Part shown: piece by piece, positions 1-13,469 of the stretch
Layout: each line of letters begins with the position of its first letter
Numbering within the stretch: position 1 is the first letter of the stretch
Source: Octopus sinensis
Taxonomy: Eukaryota
DNA length: 64,000 bases
Direction of reading: 5' to 3'
NCBI RefSeq assembly: GCF_006345805.1
Contig: NC_043003.1
Location: 7,626,001-7,690,000, forward strand
Notes under the pieces: model-generated
The model's input: the letters and a program-made list of their open reading frames with translations, nothing else
What the model was told of the DNA's origin: nothing
The model's database searches: none
Program-made: the position numbers and the translations under genes

Positions 1-1127
1 GTTACGAACTCAGGGTTACGAGCTTGCGACTCAGGATTACGAGCTCAGAGACTCAGTTACTCGGCCTCGAACGTGACGCCGGTCTGTCTCAGTGTTACTC
101 ATGTTACAGTCGAGTGATCTGGGGTAACTTGAAATGGAGTGTTTTTGCTCAAGAACACAACACACCACCCGGTCGGGGAATCGAATGTGAATGCAACACG
201 TTAACCACTAGGCCACGCACGTTCACGAAAATTATGCATGGAGCGAGAGAAAATGAGACGTTCCATATTTAATATGCGGTTTATATAACACCAGAGTGCT
301 CGAGCCGTCAATAATAACAGCATGTGTTTTACTAAACTTTGTGGTAATTATAACATTTGGGTTTGCATGTATGGATGTTCGATTTTCCCAATTGGCGCTA
401 TTGTTGAAGAATGTATATGATGAAAGTTGTTCATGAGAGTAGGAAGATGTAAATAAAAATGTCAAAATAACAGGAAAATAAGGAAATTAATATTTATTGC
501 TTCTCAAATATTGTCTATGTTCGATTGTACAATACGTTGCAGTTAATCATTCACACAAACATGAAAAAAAATAATTAGTTGAGCATTATGAGGCAAAGAA
601 GAGAGCAGAACGGACTTTCAATTGCAATAAAAAATAATAATAATAAATAAACCGAACGGTACAAGCCTGTGTCGAACAATTAGAGCTCATATCGAATAAT
701 CTAGAAAGTAAAGACCATAAAGTGGGGCACATTCAAAAGCGTCAACGAATTAAGTGTTACTCACAAAAAGTAAAAATACATAGGCGCAGGCGTGGATGTG
801 TGGTAAGAAGCTTGCTTGCCAAACACATGGTTCCGGGGTTCAGTTCTACTGCGTGGCATTTTGGACAAGTATCTTATAGTATAGCCTCGGACCGACCAAA
901 ATCTTGTGAGTGGATTTGGCTGACGGAAACTGAAAGAAGCCCGTCGGGTGAGTGATCTTGATGTTCCTATGTAGTTGGTTAATAAATTATGTGAATGGGT
1001 ATCATCTGGTAGTTGATTATTGATTAAAGTGTATTCCTCTATTTTCTTATTTTGTATATATATATATATATATATATATATACTCACTCGACGGGCTTTC
1101 AGTTTCCGTATTAACCAAATCCACTCA

Positions 1128-1158
<31 letters not shown>

Positions 1159-1799
1159 TATATATATATATATACATACATACATACATACAGAATTCAC
1201 TCCTTTTATATACAATGCATGGAATGCCGGAACGGGACAAAATTGTACTAATTTGGTTAGTAAAAGATAAGCATTCTACTCAGTAGGGATCAATGACCTT
1301 GCCGGAATTGGACAAAATTACATTGATTTGGTCAGTAAAAAGTAATTATTCTAATCAGCTGGGATCAGTGGCTTTAGTCATCCGATCGAAACGATAGGCC
1401 TTTCAACACCATTCATCATATAAAAGAGTTAATTTTATTTTGATAAGACACTTTGTATTTTTTCCTTTCGAAGAATAGGAAAATCTCTCAGCGACACAGA
1501 GACATCTATATGTGGTGTCTCTATCATTGTGTGTAAGCCACTTAAGCGCTTTGGGGTTTAGTGAGTTGAGCGGAATGCAAATGAGTTGTAAGGATCCAGA
1601 GAATCGTGCAGCTATCGTAAGCTCCTCTTAAACACTCGTATGTATACTAAGGTTGTTTAGTAAATGCCAGCTTTATACTAACATTCTAAAATTCTTTGGA
1701 GATAATTTGCGTAGACAAATGTAAAAAAAATGTCTTTTATATCAATATTCATAAATAGATTTGGTGATTCAAACAGGAAAATAGAACTCAAAACACGAG

Positions 1800-1828
1800 T
1801 AGGTAAATAGATAGATAGATAGATAGAG

Positions 1829-1871
<43 letters not shown>

Positions 1872-1935
1872 GAGGGAGAGGGAGAGAGAGAGAGTAAATA
1901 GAAAGAGAGAAGTAAATAGATAGGGAGAGAGGTAA

Positions 1936-1968
<33 letters not shown>

Positions 1969-2224
1969 TAGATAGATAGAGAGAGAGAAGTAAATAAATA
2001 GACAGATAAATACATAGGGAGAGAGGTAAAGAGAGAGGCAGAGAGAAGTAAAGAGATAGATAGATAGAGGTAGACAAAGAGAGAGAGAGAGAGAGTGAGA
2101 GAGAGAGAGGAGAGAGGGAGAGGGAGAGGGAGAGAGTAAATAGAGAAAGAGAAGTAAATAGATAGAGAGAGGTAAATAGAGAGGCAGAGAGAAGTAAATA
2201 GATAGATAGAGAAAGAGAGATAGA

Positions 2225-2260
<36 letters not shown>

Positions 2261-2583
2261 TAGATAGAAAGATAGATAGATAGAGATATCGAGAGAGAGA
2301 GAGAGAGAAGTAAATAGATAGATAGATAGAGAGGTAAATAAATAGACAGATAAATACATAGGGAGAGAGGTAGAGAGAAGTAAATAGATAGATAGATAGA
2401 CAGACAGATAGATAGATAGATGGAGAGAGAGAGAGAGAAGTAAATAGATAGATAGAGAGAGAGAGAGAAGTAAATAGGTAGACAGATAAATACATAGAGA
2501 GAGAGGTAAATAGAGAGGCAGAGAGAAGTAAATAGATAGATAGAGAAAGAGAGAGAAATAGATAGATAGAGAAAGAGAGAGAA

Positions 2584-2631
<48 letters not shown>

Positions 2632-2885
2632 GATAAAGAGAGAGAGAGAGAGAGAGAAGTAAATAGATAGATAGATAGAGAGAGAGAGAAGTAAATAGGT
2701 AGACAGATAAATACATAGAGAGAGAGAGAGGTAAAGAGAGAGAGAGGTAAAGAGAGAGAGAGGTAAAGAGAGAGAGAGGTAAAGAGAGAGGCAGAGAGAA
2801 GTAAAGAGATAGATAGAGAAAGAGAGAGAAATAGATAGATAGATAGACAGACAGGCTGATAGATAAAAAAATAGATAGATAGATA
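1800..2885. repeat. Compound purine-strand microsatellite (GA/GATA/GACA) with recurring GAGAAGTAAATAG spacers
   Basis: About 1.1 kb with almost no pyrimidine runs on the + strand; source of the spurious S/L/I/Y ORFs 1769-2917 and 1788-2495. Confidence 0.95.
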
Positions 2886-3414
2886 TTATTAATCAACAGT
2901 TGTTTCGCTAAGTACAATGCACTAAATTCCCGGCCCTTGCATAGTTTTATTATTATTATTATTATCTTCCGATAAATAATAGAAAGAAAATATATTCATA
3001 AATATATTTGAATGTCTAAATGGGATAGGATTTGCTGTGTATGTTAATATAAGCATCAATATATTGTGTGCACGCTTGTTTATATCGAATTTTGCTGTTC
3101 CCACCGTTATTGTATTATTGTGCTGCATACTTGCCTTGTGATGTACAGATAACAATAACCAATTTGTGCAACTTATTAAATGAATTATAGAAAAGAAGAG
3201 TGTTCTTGTAGTGGTTATGATGTTGCATTTACGATCGCAAGGTTGAAGTTTCGATTCTCGGAGCGGGCGATTTAATTGTGTTCTTGAGTAAAACATTTCA
3301 TGTTGCACCAGATCATTCGGGGTTTCTTAACACAATTCCTTATTTCGATATGAGATGGTTTTTATACATTATTGATTGCGTCTAATTCTTTGCTACTCTA
3401 GGCACAATGCCCGA

Positions 3415-3628
3415 AAGGCGGCGAGCTGGCAGAAACGTTAGCACGCCGGGCGAAATGCTTAGTGGTATTTCGTCTGCCGTTAGGTTCTGAGTTCAAATTC
3501 CGCCGAGGTCGACTTTGCCTTTCATCCTTTCGGGGTTGATTAAATAAGTACATACTGGGGTCGATATAATCGACTTAATCCGTTTGTCTTCCCTGTGTTT
3601 AGCCCCTTATGGGTAGTAAAGAAATAGG
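3415..3628 (+). mobile_element. SINE-B (tRNA-like head, one body unit)
   Basis: GGCGGCGAGCTGGCAGAAACGTTAGCAC head, B-box-like GAGTTCAAATTCC, body GAGGTCGACTTTGCCTTTCATCCTTTCGGGG; more than 10 related copies in the window. Confidence 0.8.
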
Positions 3629-3759
3629 CACAATACCCGAATTTTTTAGCGGCAGGGTGTGGGGGAAGCCAGTCAATTAGATCGACTTCAGTATGCAACT
3701 GGTACTTAATTTATCGACCCCGAAAGGATGAAAGGCAAAGTCGACCTCGGCGGAATTTT

Positions 3760-5215
3760 GCACAATAGTGTTGTATGCTCATTGTTTCTAGGGCTGTGGG
3801 TTGATATATTCAGTGGTGTTCTGAGATGAGGTGTGGTGTTATGTTGTGTTGTCCTTAGTGTTTTTATGTCTAATTTCTTGGCACGTTTAATTCCATCGTC
3901 TATAAGTGAGGGTGGATATTGTCTTTCACTTAGTGTTATTTTGGGGTCTTGAAGACGAAGGTCCCGAGTAGTTCTATCAGACACTATTGTGCAAATCCTT
4001 TTTGCCAAATTAAAGGGGATATTTATTTTGACGTGTTTCGGGTGGCATGAGCTAAAACGGAGATATTGTTTCGAGTTCGTTAGTTTATGATAGATGTCAG
4101 TTATAATTTGGTTGTTGACTTTTAAATCATAATATCCAAAAATTGGAGCTGTTCTTTGCTATATTCCATTGTGAATTGAATGTTACTATTTATATCATTT
4201 AGTGTTGGCTTGAAGTCCAAAAGTTTGTCAATGGTCTCCTTTCAAATGGTAAAACAGTCATCCAGGTATCTTTTCCCAGTTTTCTTTTATGTAATGGTGA
4301 AATGGATTACCATATTTTTGAAATGACACTTCATATATGGTGAATTCAAAATACACATTAACAGGTTCGCAAGAACAGGGACTGCTTTCGTTCCCATCGC
4401 AATTCCACATTTTTGACGATAGTAAGTGTCATCAAATAGGAAATAATTGTTCTGAAGAACAAATGTTAAATATTCAATTATAAAGATCTGATTTATGCGT
4501 TCTGGGAGTACTTCGGAGTACTTTTCCAACCAGAATTTGATTGCTTTTATTCCATAGTCATGGGGGATGTTGGTGTAAAGATTGATAATATCGAGGGGGA
4601 CCAATATAATCTCTTCATTAATCGTTTTTGGTAGGTGTTCTAGCATGTCTAAATCATCCCTAATGAAGCTTTTGATGTATTTCAGCAAGGGTTTCAGTAG
4701 GATATCTAGAAAATTGCTCAGTCGGTGGGTTTCACAGGCCGGCCCAGCTACAATGGGTCTTAAAGTCAAGTCTTCTGGCGTTTAGATATTTATATATTTG
4801 CCTGGTGATTGTTTGCAGGCTTCATTGATTATCTTGCTCTTGTGTATTTTAGGGAGGCCATAAAAAAGACTGGGCTTACATTTGAGGTTCGTGATGTAGT
4901 CTGTTTCTTTTCCTGCCAGGCCTTTTCCATGTAGAAGAATTAAGAATGCAAGGTTTTTTCATTGTTTTTTGTTACTCTTTTATTTGTTTCAGTCATTTGA
5001 CTGTGGCCATGCTGGAGCACCGCCTTTAGTCGAGCAAATCGACTCCAGGACTTATTCTTTGTAAGCTAGTACTTATTCTATCGGTCTCTTTTGCCGAACC
5101 GCTAAGTTACGGGGACGTTAAACACACCAGCCATCGGTTGTCAGCGATGTTGGGGGGGACAAAAACACAGACACACAAACATATACACACACATGACATC
5201 ATATATATATATATA

Positions 5216-5257
<42 letters not shown>

Positions 5258-5764
5258 TATATATATATATACTACGACGGGTCTCTTTCAGTTTCCGTCT
5301 ACCAAATCCACTCACAAGGCTTTGGTGCGGCCCGAGGCTATAGTAGAGAAGACACTTGCCCCAGGCGCCACGAGTGGGACTGAACCAGAAACCATGTGGT
5401 TCGTAAGCAAGCTACTTACACACACAGCCACTCCTACGCCTGTTGTTTATTGTTTACAACTTTTTCGTGGAAGGCATCGTTTTCTAGTATGGGTAATACT
5501 AGGTTTTTTATAGTGTTCTGTGTCCATCAGAACTACAGCACTTCCTTTGTCAGCTTCTTTAATTGTCAGGTCTTTGTTATTTTGTAGTTCAATTTGATTT
5601 TTCCATACTAGATTGTTGAGGTTCGAATTAATTTTTCGTTTATGGAAAGTATATGGGAAATTTTGGATATGGTCGCAGAAGTCATCCAGTGTTTTATTCC
5701 TACCTTTATGTGGATAGTAATTACTTCAGTTTTTAACCAGTGACTCATCTTCGTTGTTGTAGTC
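3760..5764 (-). mobile_element. Decayed Penelope-like element, reverse transcriptase region, split by a SINE-A insertion
   Basis: Minus-strand motifs in correct order across frameshifts and stops: IKEADKGSAVVLMD (~5530-5570), FYGLPKIHK (~4840-4865), LRPIVAGPACETHRLSNFLDILLKP, YYRQKCGIAMGT, RYLDD (YLDD exactly 4257-4268), a CHPKH-like motif, AKRICTIVSD, YPPSLIDDGIKRA. These are Penelope-type RT motifs. Confidence 0.92.
4972..5440 (-). mobile_element. SINE-A, near full length, nested in the Penelope-like RT
   Basis: Head GGCGTAGGAGTGGCTGTGTG..GGTTCAGTCCC (tRNA-like A/B boxes), CTTGGGCAAGTGTC core-like motif, internal (TA)n/(TG)n, and a (GTAAAAGA)-type tail; about 30 copies or fragments in the window. 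Confidence 0.9.
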
Positions 5765-5806
5765 AGTTATTTAATTTAGTGATTTTAAAATAATATTTAT
5801 TATAAA

Positions 5807-6206
5807 CTAGCAGTATCGCCCGGCGTTGCTCGGGTTTGTAAGGGAAATAACTATATAAGCATTTTTAGAGAGTTATAGCCAAAAAATAGCAAAAAAAATA
5901 TGCATTAAAATGGAAAAAAATGATGGTAAAATTTTTTTTTAAATCGTTGACTCATCGTAGACATTTTAGAGAGTTACTTCCCTTATATAATAGCGAAAAA
6001 AATGCATTAAAATGAAAAAAATGATGTGGTAAATTATTTTTAAATCGTAGACTCATCGTAGACGCGCGCTAATACCCAGAAGGGCTCGATATGAATCACG
6101 ACTATAAGATACCCGGTTTTGGTTAAACTGCACCGCAAAATGTGGGAGTAGTTAGGAATCTAAATCGTAGGAGACAGACACACAACTTGATTTTTATATA
6201 TAAAGA
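5807..6206 (-). mobile_element. Non-autonomous Helitron
   Basis: Minus strand starts A|TC (6206-6205) and ends in a CCCGAGCAACGCCGGG hairpin followed by CTAG|T (5810-5807). No TSD; inserted between A and T; internal tandem duplication. Confidence 0.8.
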
Positions 6207-6447
6207 TTCCCGGGCGACGCTTTGTGTCTTTGATTGAGTAAGACACTATATATCACGTTGCTCCAGTCCACTCAGCTGGCAAAAATGAGTAGTACCTGTA
6301 TTTCAAAGGGCTGGCCTTGTCATACTCTGTGTCACGCTGAATGTCACTTAGAACTATGTTAAGGATACACATGTCTGTGGAGTACTCAGCCACTTGCACG
6401 TTAATTTCACGAGAAGCTGTTCCGTTGATCGTATCCGACGGAGTGCT
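6207..6447 (+). mobile_element. SINE-D, 5'-truncated
   Basis: Colinear with the full copy at 62439-62758 (GTTGCTCCAGTCCACTCAGCTGGCAAAAATGAGT...GTTAATTTCACGAG...GTTCCGTTGATCGTATC). Confidence 0.75.
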
Positions 6448-6489
6448 CTCATATACATATACATATATATATAGATATATACATATATA

Positions 6490-6891
6490 TACTCTCTTTT
6501 ACTTGTTTCAGTCATTTGACTGCGGCCATGCTGGAGCACCGGCCTTAGTCGAGCAAATCGACCCCGGCACTTATTCTTTGTAAGCCCAGTACTTATTCTA
6601 TCGGTCTTTTGCCGAACCGCTAAGTGACGGGGACGTAAACACACAACGGCATCGGTTGTCAAGCAATGCTAGGGGACAAACACAGAACACACAAACACAC
6701 ACCACACACATATATATATACATATATACGACAGGCTTCTTTCAGTTTCCGTCTACCAACTCCACTCACAAGGCATTGGTCGGCCGGGGCTATAGCAGAA
6801 GACACTTGCCCAAGATGCCACGCAGTGGGACTGAACCCGGAACCATGTGGTTGTTAGCGCAGCTACTTACCACACAGCCACTCCTGCGCCT
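6490..6891 (-). mobile_element. SINE-A, full length
   Basis: Both halves plus internal microsatellite; highly similar to 15552-15955 and 58125-58520. Confidence 0.9.
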
Positions 6892-9084
6892 ATATATATA
6901 AATACACATATGTGTATGTATGTATGTATGAAATAATCCAATAAAACGAAACAGGTGGAAATGAGCGGAGGTGTATTATGAACGAATCACTTTCTTTCTC
7001 GCCCTTTTTTTTATATATAAATAATGTAATACTGTACAAACTAATTTTCTTTTGCGGTTTCGACTGTTTGTTTTCAGTCTTATCAAAAACAGTAATTCTA
7101 TCAAACATTCAGTTTGCCACGTAATGTAATATTTTTCGAAAAATAATATTTTTATTTAATTCATTTCGTCACATTTTGACTGATTGACTGGTACACTCCC
7201 CGCATACATATGTGTGTGTGTATATATATATATATATGTGTGTATATATATATATGCGCACGCACACACACGCACGCACACGCACACACACGCACGCACA
7301 CGCACACACATACATACACGCACATGCATATACACATTTGGGAGTGGGGTGGGAATAGGCGGGGAGAGGTAGTTGTACATGGATGCCGGGTATCAAGTGA
7401 AGTTCAAAGTTGTATTTTTAAAATCTTTACACACACACATACACACACATTCACACATACACACACACACACACACAAACTTACACACACGTACACAAAC
7501 ACACAAACACACACGCACACAAACACAGACAACCACACAGACAAATACAAACACACGCGCGCACACACACATATTGTATGCATATGATTGCTGTGGTGTT
7601 CCGTTACAAGTGAACACCTCGTTTAAGACGAACATGTGTTCATAACACACTCAATTCAAGAGCGCAAAAGATTCTGGGACTCCCGGTGTTTCGTCATCGT
7701 TGTGTCTCGTCAACGAAAGACACCCCACACTAATGAGTGTCACAAAACTTAAAAGCTCTTGCTTATAATTTCAGCGAACAAAACGTTTACTGATCCTGGC
7801 GATCAACCAATAATAAATCGCCAAATGCAACGGTGAACAGCGAGATTCACAACGATGGGTTCCATATTGGTTCTTAATACGTTCTGGTAAATCGGAAACT
7901 GGCCAAGCATAACCGCGATTAGCACATTCACGTTCGAATCCGCTGGGATGCATTAGAAATGAATATGCCTGGGCCTCCACGAAGCATCACATGAACTGGA
8001 ACACATACTTTCCAAGATATGGAAATAAAGTAGAAAGAAAATATATGCACGGGGGTAGGTTTTTAGTTATTGAATTTGTTTCAGCTGTCACGATTAAGGC
8101 CAAAAAACAAGCTATTAATACAAGGAGAATTTATCTTTGAATCATTCGAAGCAATCAGGAAACTATCGTGAAAAAAAAAACAAAACAAAAAAACACCCCC
8201 ATCAAAGGGAAAAAAAAACTGCAAGTAAAAAGGCTGAATTTCGCTATGAATTTGGAAGTCGTCCAATCAATAGCTTTTTTGGGTTAAGAACATCTAAAAT
8301 TGATACGTATGTTAATGGATTTGACCGGCGGCAATGTGAAACACATCAACACATTAAAACTGACGAAAGAAAAGAAAAAAAAAACCAATACTAAAATATT
8401 AAAAGAGTTAATAATCGTTTATTTAATGTGACTGGAATTTTCAGATTTAAGAGTGAGGGGAAAATGATAGTATTTTTGTGTGCCGCTTTTTCCAAAACTA
8501 GAAACGTAAGAGAAATGAAATTATCGGAACCGATAATCCCAGACAGGTCGCGTTTTCTGTTTATGAGAAGAATATTTGCTTTTAACTGCGTGTGCTAAGA
8601 ACCATGGTAAAAGTTATTTCCATGACTTTTTTTAATGGATATTAAAAAAAAAAAAAAAACCTGAATGTCATGTAGCCAATTTCCATCAGTGGTACATAAA
8701 TACGAATGTAGTGTCCTTATAAGTATTATGTACGGAAGCTTATTTTTTTCCAAGGTGAGGAAAATATTTTATCGATACGATGTAATATCTGGATCGAATT
8801 CATGATCCAGAAATTAGGATGATATCTTGAAGTCACCAATAACGTTTTCTTTTTAAAGCAAATGCTTCAAGAAATAAGAAGAACAGGATATTGAAACGTT
8901 CGTACTTACAAGATCATAAGCAAGTAATTTGTTATAATAATATTTTCAATAGTAAACAATACGGTAATAAACGAGTTTTAGTTAGCCATAGAGTTGGCTT
9001 ACTCATCGATTCTTTGCGATGCTGTATCGCAAGATGAGGGACTCTCAACGTGGTCACTTGGTCTATTAGAAAGTGTAGCCAAAC

Positions 9085-9297
9085 TTCCGCAAATCAAACT
9101 CTCCAAGATGCATTTCAAAACGTGTAGAAGAGTCAACTTATTTATTGAAAATGAAGGACGACACTTTCAACATCTCTTATAAAGTTTTTTAAAGTCTTGT
9201 AAAGTCTAATATATTCCTTTGTAGTCTTTTATGCCATCTTATAAATATTTATTTAGCAATAAAATACTTACTGCGGAGAGACTTTTTGAACACCCTG
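9085..9297 (+). mobile_element. Tc1/mariner 3' end fragment with right TIR
   Basis: Encodes CRRVNLFIENEGRHFQHLL*; ends ACTGCGGAGAGACTTTTTGAACACCCTG, the same as the element at 28568-29119. Confidence 0.75.
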
Positions 9298-9946
9298 TGT
9301 GTGTGTGTTTATTGTATATATATATATATATATATTTTATATATATATATATAAGTAAAGCAACAATCTGGTCATCTTTACTCACACACACACACACGCG
9401 CGCACACACGTACACACGGCAGGGGGAGTAATCTCGATACTTGTAATGGTTGTTTCTCACCTCGAGAACAAAACTGCGTTCCATCATCGTTATGCGTTGT
9501 TTTCAATATATTTTCACTTTACGTAGGTTTACCCGAAGAGAGCCATACGATGTTTGTCTTTGAAATAAGATTGGTTTTACTTTTGTCTTTAATTTTTTGT
9601 TACTTTCTACAGAGAAGGAAAAGATGAATGTTTAGAACCTTGAAGCAGCAGTGCCTAAGTTTTAAATTCATATTTTGGCAGCTGTTTGTTGATTTTTCTT
9701 CTCTGGGTTTTGTGTTGATCAATATTAACTTATCTAGCACTGAGGACTAACTATCAAGCTATCTTAAATTTTTACCTAAGGCAGAGGAACTTTATCCTTC
9801 ACAGGAGACAATATATAAAGCTAAGGGGACTGACTTAATGATTCCTGGAGGTGCATAGGATCATTTAGCATAGTTGTTATATTTTCCGAAAATTCACATA
9901 AAAATATACATACAAACATATTGTCGTACATATACATAAATCTATT

Positions 9947-10392
9947 GAGTGGTGTGTGGTAAGTAGCTTGCTTACCAACCACATGGTCCGGGTTCAGTCC
10001 CACTGACATGGCATCTTGGGCAAGTGTCTCTGCTATAGCCCACGGGCCCCGAACAATGCTTGTGAGTGGATTTGGTATACGGAAACTGACAAAGAAGCCC
10101 ATCGTATATATAGAGATATTTATTATATATATATATATATATAATATATCTATATATATATATATAATATGCGTGTGTGTGTTTGTGTGTGTGTGTTTGT
10201 CCCCCTAGCATTGCTTGACAACCGATGCTGGTGTTGTTTTGCGTCCCCGTCACGTAGCAGTTCGGCAAAAAGGACCGATAGAATAAGTACTGCTTACAAA
10301 AGAATAAGTCCGGGGGTTCGAGTTGCTCGATAAGGGGTGCTCCAGCATGGCCGCTGTCAAAATGACTGAAACAAGTAAAAAGAGAAAGAGTA
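9947..10392 (+). mobile_element. SINE-A, full length
   Basis: Head, internal (TA)n/(TG)n and GTAAAAAGAGAAAGAG tail. Confidence 0.88.
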
Positions 10393-10464
10393 TATATAGT
10401 GTGTGTTGTGTGTGTGTGTGTTTGTGTGGTGGGTGTGTGTGTTGTGTGTGTCCGCATTCGCAGG

Positions 10465-10650
10465 ATAGATTGCTAACACTACACATTCTTTATTTTCTCT
10501 CCTTGTTTATTCTGTGTTCCTTTTGTGAAGAGCATAGGCTCGAACGTTAAAAACGTTTTCAGTTCTCGAGAGTTATAATAAATACTAATACACTATTTGC
10601 TGTCTACACAACACGTCTTCGTCTTTTTTTTTTGTGAATTCTCCCTCCTA
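10465..10650 (+). mobile_element. Short TA-abutting element, family H2 (degenerate hammerhead-like motif)
   Basis: Colinear with the reverse complement of 17648-17832; both end CTCCC(TCC)|(TA)n; motif GAAGAGCATAGGCTCGAACGTT at ~10521-10553. Confidence 0.6.
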
Positions 10651-11751
10651 TATATATATAGATATATATATTCTATATAAATTATATATATATATAGAAT
10701 ATATGCATATATGGAATGTATATAGTCCATATACATACAAACAAAACATACATGCATACATGCATGCATACATACATACATACATACATACATACATACA
10801 TACATACATACATACATGCACACAAATACAAAAATATCCTATTGTTGATGTTGAAATTCTAATGAAGGAGCCTTGAATCTAGGTTAGAAACCGGCTCTTT
10901 TTCTATTGGTAAGAAATCTTAAAATAAGACTGAATAATGACATAAATACATACATATGGGTTGATTAGCATGTCACGGAATTAGCTCTGGAAGAAGGTTA
11001 CTTACAGACACTCGACGGACCCGGGTCATATAAGGCCGTTCAGCTCTTTAGCTGCTCAAGTGAGAGACGGTAACCGCAAGCATATTCTGCATCCTGATAA
11101 CTACTGGCCACGCGGCATTTGTTGTACCTGACCAATACAAGTTTGAGTGACGAGAAAATGAGGCTGGTTCTACACAAACCTTGACCACGATTTCAAAGTT
11201 TTTACACAAGACCCACCAACTGGTACTTATTTCATCGACCCCGAAAGGATAAAAAGCAAAGTAGAAACTCGGTGGAATTTGAACTCATAACGGACGAAAT
11301 GCTACTAATCATTTTCCCCTGCACGCTAACCATTCTTCCAGCTCGTTGCCCTAATAACATCCATCATGCAGGTTGTTTAGTAAACCGAGGTAGCAGCACC
11401 AAGATCCTTACACTTTCTTTATAAGTCCGGTGGCGACTGAGAAAGAAGCTACGGGACAGGTATTTGATGCTATTTGAAATCTTAAGCTTTGACCCTGCAT
11501 ACAGACGAGCAAAGGGTTGTTTGTTGATTTTCAACAGTTTTTACTGAACTTTCTCACTCGTCGACGTGACGAACGAGAGAGTCCAGTTATGGTGGCGTTC
11601 GATCTTTCGATCGAGCAAAGGAAAACAGGTTTCCAGTCTTTTCAAATTGCCGATTCTATCTCTTAGTTGGCTGTCGCCCGATCGGTCGGTTGTAACTCTT
11701 GACAGAAACGTCACGGTCTTTGGATGACGGGGGTGGGATTTGAACTCAAAG

Positions 11752-12170
<419 letters not shown>

Positions 12171-12825
12171 ATGCGTATATTCATCTCAATTAATACCGTT
12201 GTTCCTCAATACAGTAAATTTATGCCGGCCATAACAATTTTTATGTCGGCCATAACTCTATAAACGCGAACGACATTACCCAACCAGACTCGAAATCACT
12301 GTATGAACTAGTTTCCTCTTTTGATGAGATATAATCTCTATGTGTTGGTAATGCCATGTTTATAAATAGCTTTTTACTCCAGTAATTGTATTAATATGAA
12401 ATATGTTGTGAAAGTAATTCAATTGCATCGAAATGACAGCGTGAGTAATGGCTTCCAGCTATTCAGGCAACGTTTTGTTCTTCCATATTTTTTTTCCGTT
12501 TCCATAATCTCTTTACTGTTACTACTCCTCTTCTACATATGAACGTGGGAGTAGTATTAAGGCAATTATACGTGGTACTAATTGTATCATCACGATAAAG
12601 GTTAATTTTTTTTAACAGGTTTCAGTTCCCTTCTGAAGCCTATCAGAAAATAGATCATATGGTGTTAGAAGTGTGGTTGTGTGGTCAAGAAGACCACTTT
12701 GCAGCCAAGTGGTTTCGGGTTCAATACCATCGCGCGACACTTTGCGCAAGTGTGTTCTATTATAGGTCCGGGCCGACTAATGTTTGATGAGGGAATTTGG
12801 TAGACGGAATTTGAATAGAAGCCTG

Positions 12826-12886
<61 letters not shown>

Positions 12887-13469
12887 CGTGTGTGTGTATG
12901 TGTGTGCGTGTATGTGTGTGCGTGTGTGTGTGTATATATAATTCTTAAGCAAGATTTTTGACAGTGACTTCGAAGTTTCGGCCAGCTAAGCCATCGTCAG
13001 ACATAAAATACACACACGCACACATACACATATATACGTATGTATGTATGTATGTATGTATGTATGTATGTATGTATGTATGTATGTATGTGCATGTGTA
13101 TGGTGCGTGTGTGTGTGCGTGTGTGTGTGAGTGCGTGTTTTGTTTTCGTGTTTGTTCTCACCACTGCTCGACAATAGATGTTGGTTTGTTTACATCCCAC
13201 TTCACAGCGGTTGGACGAAAAGAAACCAATAGAATAAGTTGCATGTTGTTTTTATTTGAAGTCCTGGGGTCAATTTGCTCGGTCAAGGACCTATCAAAGC
13301 GGTGCCCCAGCCTGGCTGTATTTTAAAGCCTGAAGCCTTTAAAAAGTATGTCGTATGTCCAAATTTGGCCAAATGCGTTTCTTTCAATATTTATTTTTGC
13401 TTGCAATACCCGGTTCCTTTGGTCAAACTATCATATCTCCAGCTGCTTCAGATGCCAAAATATCCTTTT

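Noticed and set aside
232-465. 77-aa ORF of ordinary composition
   Set aside because: No recognisable motif, no convincing splice or start context, and the length is expected by chance.
1769-2917. 382-aa and 235-aa ORFs, and other long low-complexity ORFs (31045-31633, 39366-40386, 43301-43711, 44713-46055)
   Set aside because: They are translations of microsatellites that lack stops by composition; there is no domain content.
7771-7980. 69-aa minus-strand ORF (HPSGFERECANRGYAWP...)
   Set aside because: Not recognisable; at most a decayed transposon end.
9527-9645. Possible micro-exon plus terminal exon (acceptors at ~9526 and ~9611)
   Set aside because: The donor is weak (GTTTGT) and the peptide is short and unrecognised.
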